From Amoebidium appalachense (taxonomy: Eukaryota > Protista > Ichthyosporea): 64,000 bases of DNA. The position numbers were made by a program, and so were the translations under genes. Below, piece after piece: positions 60,697 to 64,000 of this stretch; within the stretch, counting starts at the first letter, position 1; each line of letters opens with the position of its first letter. The notes below the pieces were generated by a model. The model had not been told where the DNA came from and made no database searches. It worked only from the letters and a program-made list of their open reading frames with translations. The stretch is from the NCBI GenBank assembly GCA_963693365.1, contig CAVNZM010000003.1, positions 15,049,143-15,113,142 of the forward strand. The letters run 5' to 3'.

Positions 60697-61880
60697 CACC
60701 ACGGCCCCCCCTTCCCCCCCTGCCCCCCTCGGCCTCTCTCACCACCATTTCCACCCCTCCCTCTAGCCTGCCCACCACCACGAGCAAGATAAGGGGCAAA
60801 CCTCTCGGTGAACTGCTGCTGTTGTCCTCCACGTCCACCTCGGCCACGACCGCCGTGTCCACCCCGGTCGCCGCCACGGCCACCCCGGAAGCCGAAGCCC
60901 CCTCGGCCAGAGAAGACGGCCTGGGAGAGCTCGGCAACCTGCTTGACCAACATGGTGAGTGCATCTGGCTGTTCACCCTCTTTTTTCTCTTTTTCCCCCT
61001 TCGGTCCACTCTCCTTCTTTTTCTTGTCTACTTCCATCACCTCCTTTTTATCCCTCTTATTGAACTTCACCTCGTGCATGGCAAGCAAGTGACGTTTAAC
61101 ATGCAACACCACCTCATCTACATCATCATGCTCCCCAAACATGCGTGCAGTGTCTGTGTTTACAGAGAGAGCCTTACGAGCAAACTCGAATTTTTCCCTA
61201 TCACTCACGTCACCAGCTAACTCACAAAGGTCTTCAAAGACCCGATATTCCCTCTCAAAGAATGCACGAGCTTCTACGGGGGACATCTCTAAAGTGGGAA
61301 AGGTATACTTCCATTCTCTGAGCTGGGCCCGGAAGGTACGGCGCCGGTCGGCCGTCAGGTATCGGCCGACGAGCCGGGCCGTATACTCGAGCTCGTTTTC
61401 CGGCCGTGTGAAGGCCTCGAGCTCCCCGTCCACGTCGTCGGTGCTGTTCTCGTCCTCGTCGTCGGGGATGAACCGTGCGGCCAGACGTTTCTGGCCGAGC
61501 GTCCGGGGCACCATCTCGTCCCTCCCCTCGTCGTACTGCTGCTCGTATATACGAGCCGTCACCTGGGGGGCCTGCTCGGCCCGGTACGGGTGCTCCTCCA
61601 TCAGGGTGCATAAGTCGGCCATTGTTTTGTGGTCGATGCACTGTTTGATCATTAAGCACGAGGCCGCCACAGTGGGGGCCTTCTTTGTGTCTAACACTAG
61701 TGTGGGTGTGTTAGCTAGGAGTGTCCTAAGCCACCTAGGTATTTCCGAGTCGTGTTTGAGTATAAAACTGAAAGCTGTGGTCTGTCTAACGTCTAGTGTA
61801 TGAACCTGTGGTACCTGTGTGTGCAGGGAGCTATCCTCCGCTGCCAGTGCGTAGAACATGTCTACGTTAAACTTAGCCAT
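60697..61880 (-). CDS. Gypsy gag N-terminal part, split by the DNA transposon
   Basis: ATG lies 146 bp downstream of the 5' LTR. The predicted helical body is followed by an RGG-rich nucleocapsid tract that stops at the TIR. Confidence 0.85.
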
Positions 61881-64000
61881 TGTGTGGTGTTCGGGTGGTT
61901 GTGTTTATGTTTTTTTTTTTTTTTTTTTTTTTTTTTCTGTGTGTTTGAGGTGTAGCAACAGCCCAGAAGGAACTGTCACCGCGTTACCCTAGCGCGAAAA
62001 ACCGCACTAAAAGAAAGGTGTAGCTTGTCGTATCCTAATATATGTGTACTAGAGACGCGGCACTCTACTAAGTGTACACACACGAAAAGGAACGAACGTG
62101 TACAGAAAAACGGTAAAGTTTATTAAGACCAGGCTCCGACGGGCAAAACTTAGATCCGTACGGATTGAGTCTAAGTTACGACTGAGGCCATCAAGGCCGT
62201 GCCCTCAAAGATCATCATCACCTGGCCCCCTACGATGCCACATTCCATTAACATTCCGATCTACTTTTATCGTGCGCCTGCACGAGCTAAGTCGATCTAC
62301 TCAACTAATATATTTATCCAAGTCTCACCCCCTCACCCTCCCCCTAGTGGCACCGCAGAGTCTAAATCTACATTTCATACTATCCTCCCCCCCCCCTCCC
62401 TCCCCCCCTTTCCTCTATATCTACATATATAAATACGTTTGGCAACATATACTATCAAACCTTGCCAATCCTTACAAAAGGGCTTCTGCCCGAACAATCA
62501 CATTCCTAAGTCCTCCTACAATCTATCCTACACACTAATTAGAATTCTATTGGACGGCTGTCCCGGCTGACGTGGTCCAATGCCCTGCGCCGGCAGAGGC
62601 AAGATGCACGCAGCTGTTCAGCTATCTTGAGGCCCCGGACTTGATCTTGATGATCTGTGGACCCGGGCCACCCCCCCCCCCCCCCCCCCCCGATCTCGAT
62701 CGTAGACTTAGGCTAATCTGCTGAGACGGATTAGTATATGTCACTGACGTTGCCCTGTAGATGCACCTCTGCCCCCGTCCACAACCTGCACCCAAAACCC
62801 CATGCCCCTGGCACAATGTTATATCGAGTGGAACATAGCAACAGACATGATAACAGACACCATCCATACAACCACACTCAGCATGCCCCATCCACAAAGA
62901 ATTCCTAGCAAAACCTAACATGCCACTGACGAACACCTCCAGACTCATGTGGCGTACACCTCCAGACTCTCTTGCTGGCCATTCCTCTACCCGACAAAGA
63001 CTCCTACTACGTAGGTCCCGGTGGTTTGGGAATGCCTCCGCCCCAACCGTGCCCTACCCAGCGGTGTGTCTAAGGCCTACTGCTGCACTGGGCACCACAA
63101 CACTACTCAACAACACTACGGGCAGCCACTCCAAAGGGCCTCAACACCAGGCCCAGGGCAGCCACTCCAAGGGGCCTCAGCACCAGGCCCTTTGACGACG
63201 GGGGTTCACAACAGTGGGGGCCTGCCACTGCCATGACTACACTTCGACCCCCCCCCCAGCCCCCTCGTCAGAGGGCCGAGCTCCCAGACAGCAGCAGGAC
63301 TTTCTATTCCACTGACCCTAACCGCACACGTCGCCAACACAGGACTCATACACACGTCGAAAACGCCAGGCACCAGTAGAAAACTCGCCGAAAAATAACA
63401 CCACACAATAGTTACTCCCATACAAACAACAACCCAAGAGATCTAGACGGCCTACCCCCTAATAAAACCTTCATACCAGCAACACGGTCACCGACATCCC
63501 TGCCCCCCACGACCGGGCTGTTTACACCACGCGTTGCCCCCGCTCCTTGCAGTTGTCGCAGGTGCACACCTGGGAAAGAGCCTGGCGCCGGCTCTTGCTG
63601 TCCCGCCCAAAGACGCTAGCCTGGCCCATCTGTTATCCCGTTGTGGCCGTGGCTGGTAGGGCTGGCAGTAGCGCCGTGGGGAGGGTGACCGCCGCCGGTC
63701 CCCTCTGAGGCCTCTGCTGGGCAAACGGCCCTGAGCTTGCTAAGTCACCTAGGGAGGTCAAGGTCCTTAGCGAGGACTAAGTCCCCTGTGATACTAGTCC
63801 TACTGCTCATGTTGCCTATGCCAACTGTTGCTAGCTGTAGGTCTGTGTGTGCGTATGTTTCTTCTACCTCTAACCGTCGAAAAAGGCCTAAGACAAAACC
63901 ACTCATAACCGCTAGGCGTGAAAAAAAAAAACTAGGGGTGAAAGCAACAGCCCAGAAGGACTAACAGTGCGTGTGCCCCCTCCCTGCAACAAACTGCAGA

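Overview
Repeat-dense eukaryotic genomic DNA with GT-AG introns, long poly-C/G runs and (CA)n/(GA)n microsatellites; the organism cannot be determined from the window. There are two host-type genes: a 3-exon secreted GH18 chitinase that appears damaged, and a 2-exon ankyrin + GATA zinc-finger gene. Most of the rest is nested transposons whose order of insertion can be read from target-site duplications (TSDs). From 24.4 kb to the window end lies a tandem, LTR-sharing non-autonomous LTR element. Its first unit was hit by a TA-target TIR element, which was in turn hit by a near-intact Copia. Its second unit was hit by a chromodomain Gypsy with nearly identical LTRs, whose gag was then split by an ~18.7 kb TIR-bounded DNA transposon. 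That transposon is the highlight. It encodes an intact 9-exon Plavaka-type (CMC/EnSpm-related) transposase, an orphan C2H2 zinc-finger protein, and a divergently transcribed accessory gene with NLSs and a histone-tail-like segment. Inside the first intron of the accessory gene sits an intronless KDM4/JMJD2-like JmjC ORF with intact metal-binding residues, suggesting a transposon-borne anti-silencing system. All family assignments come from motif recognition by eye, not database searches.
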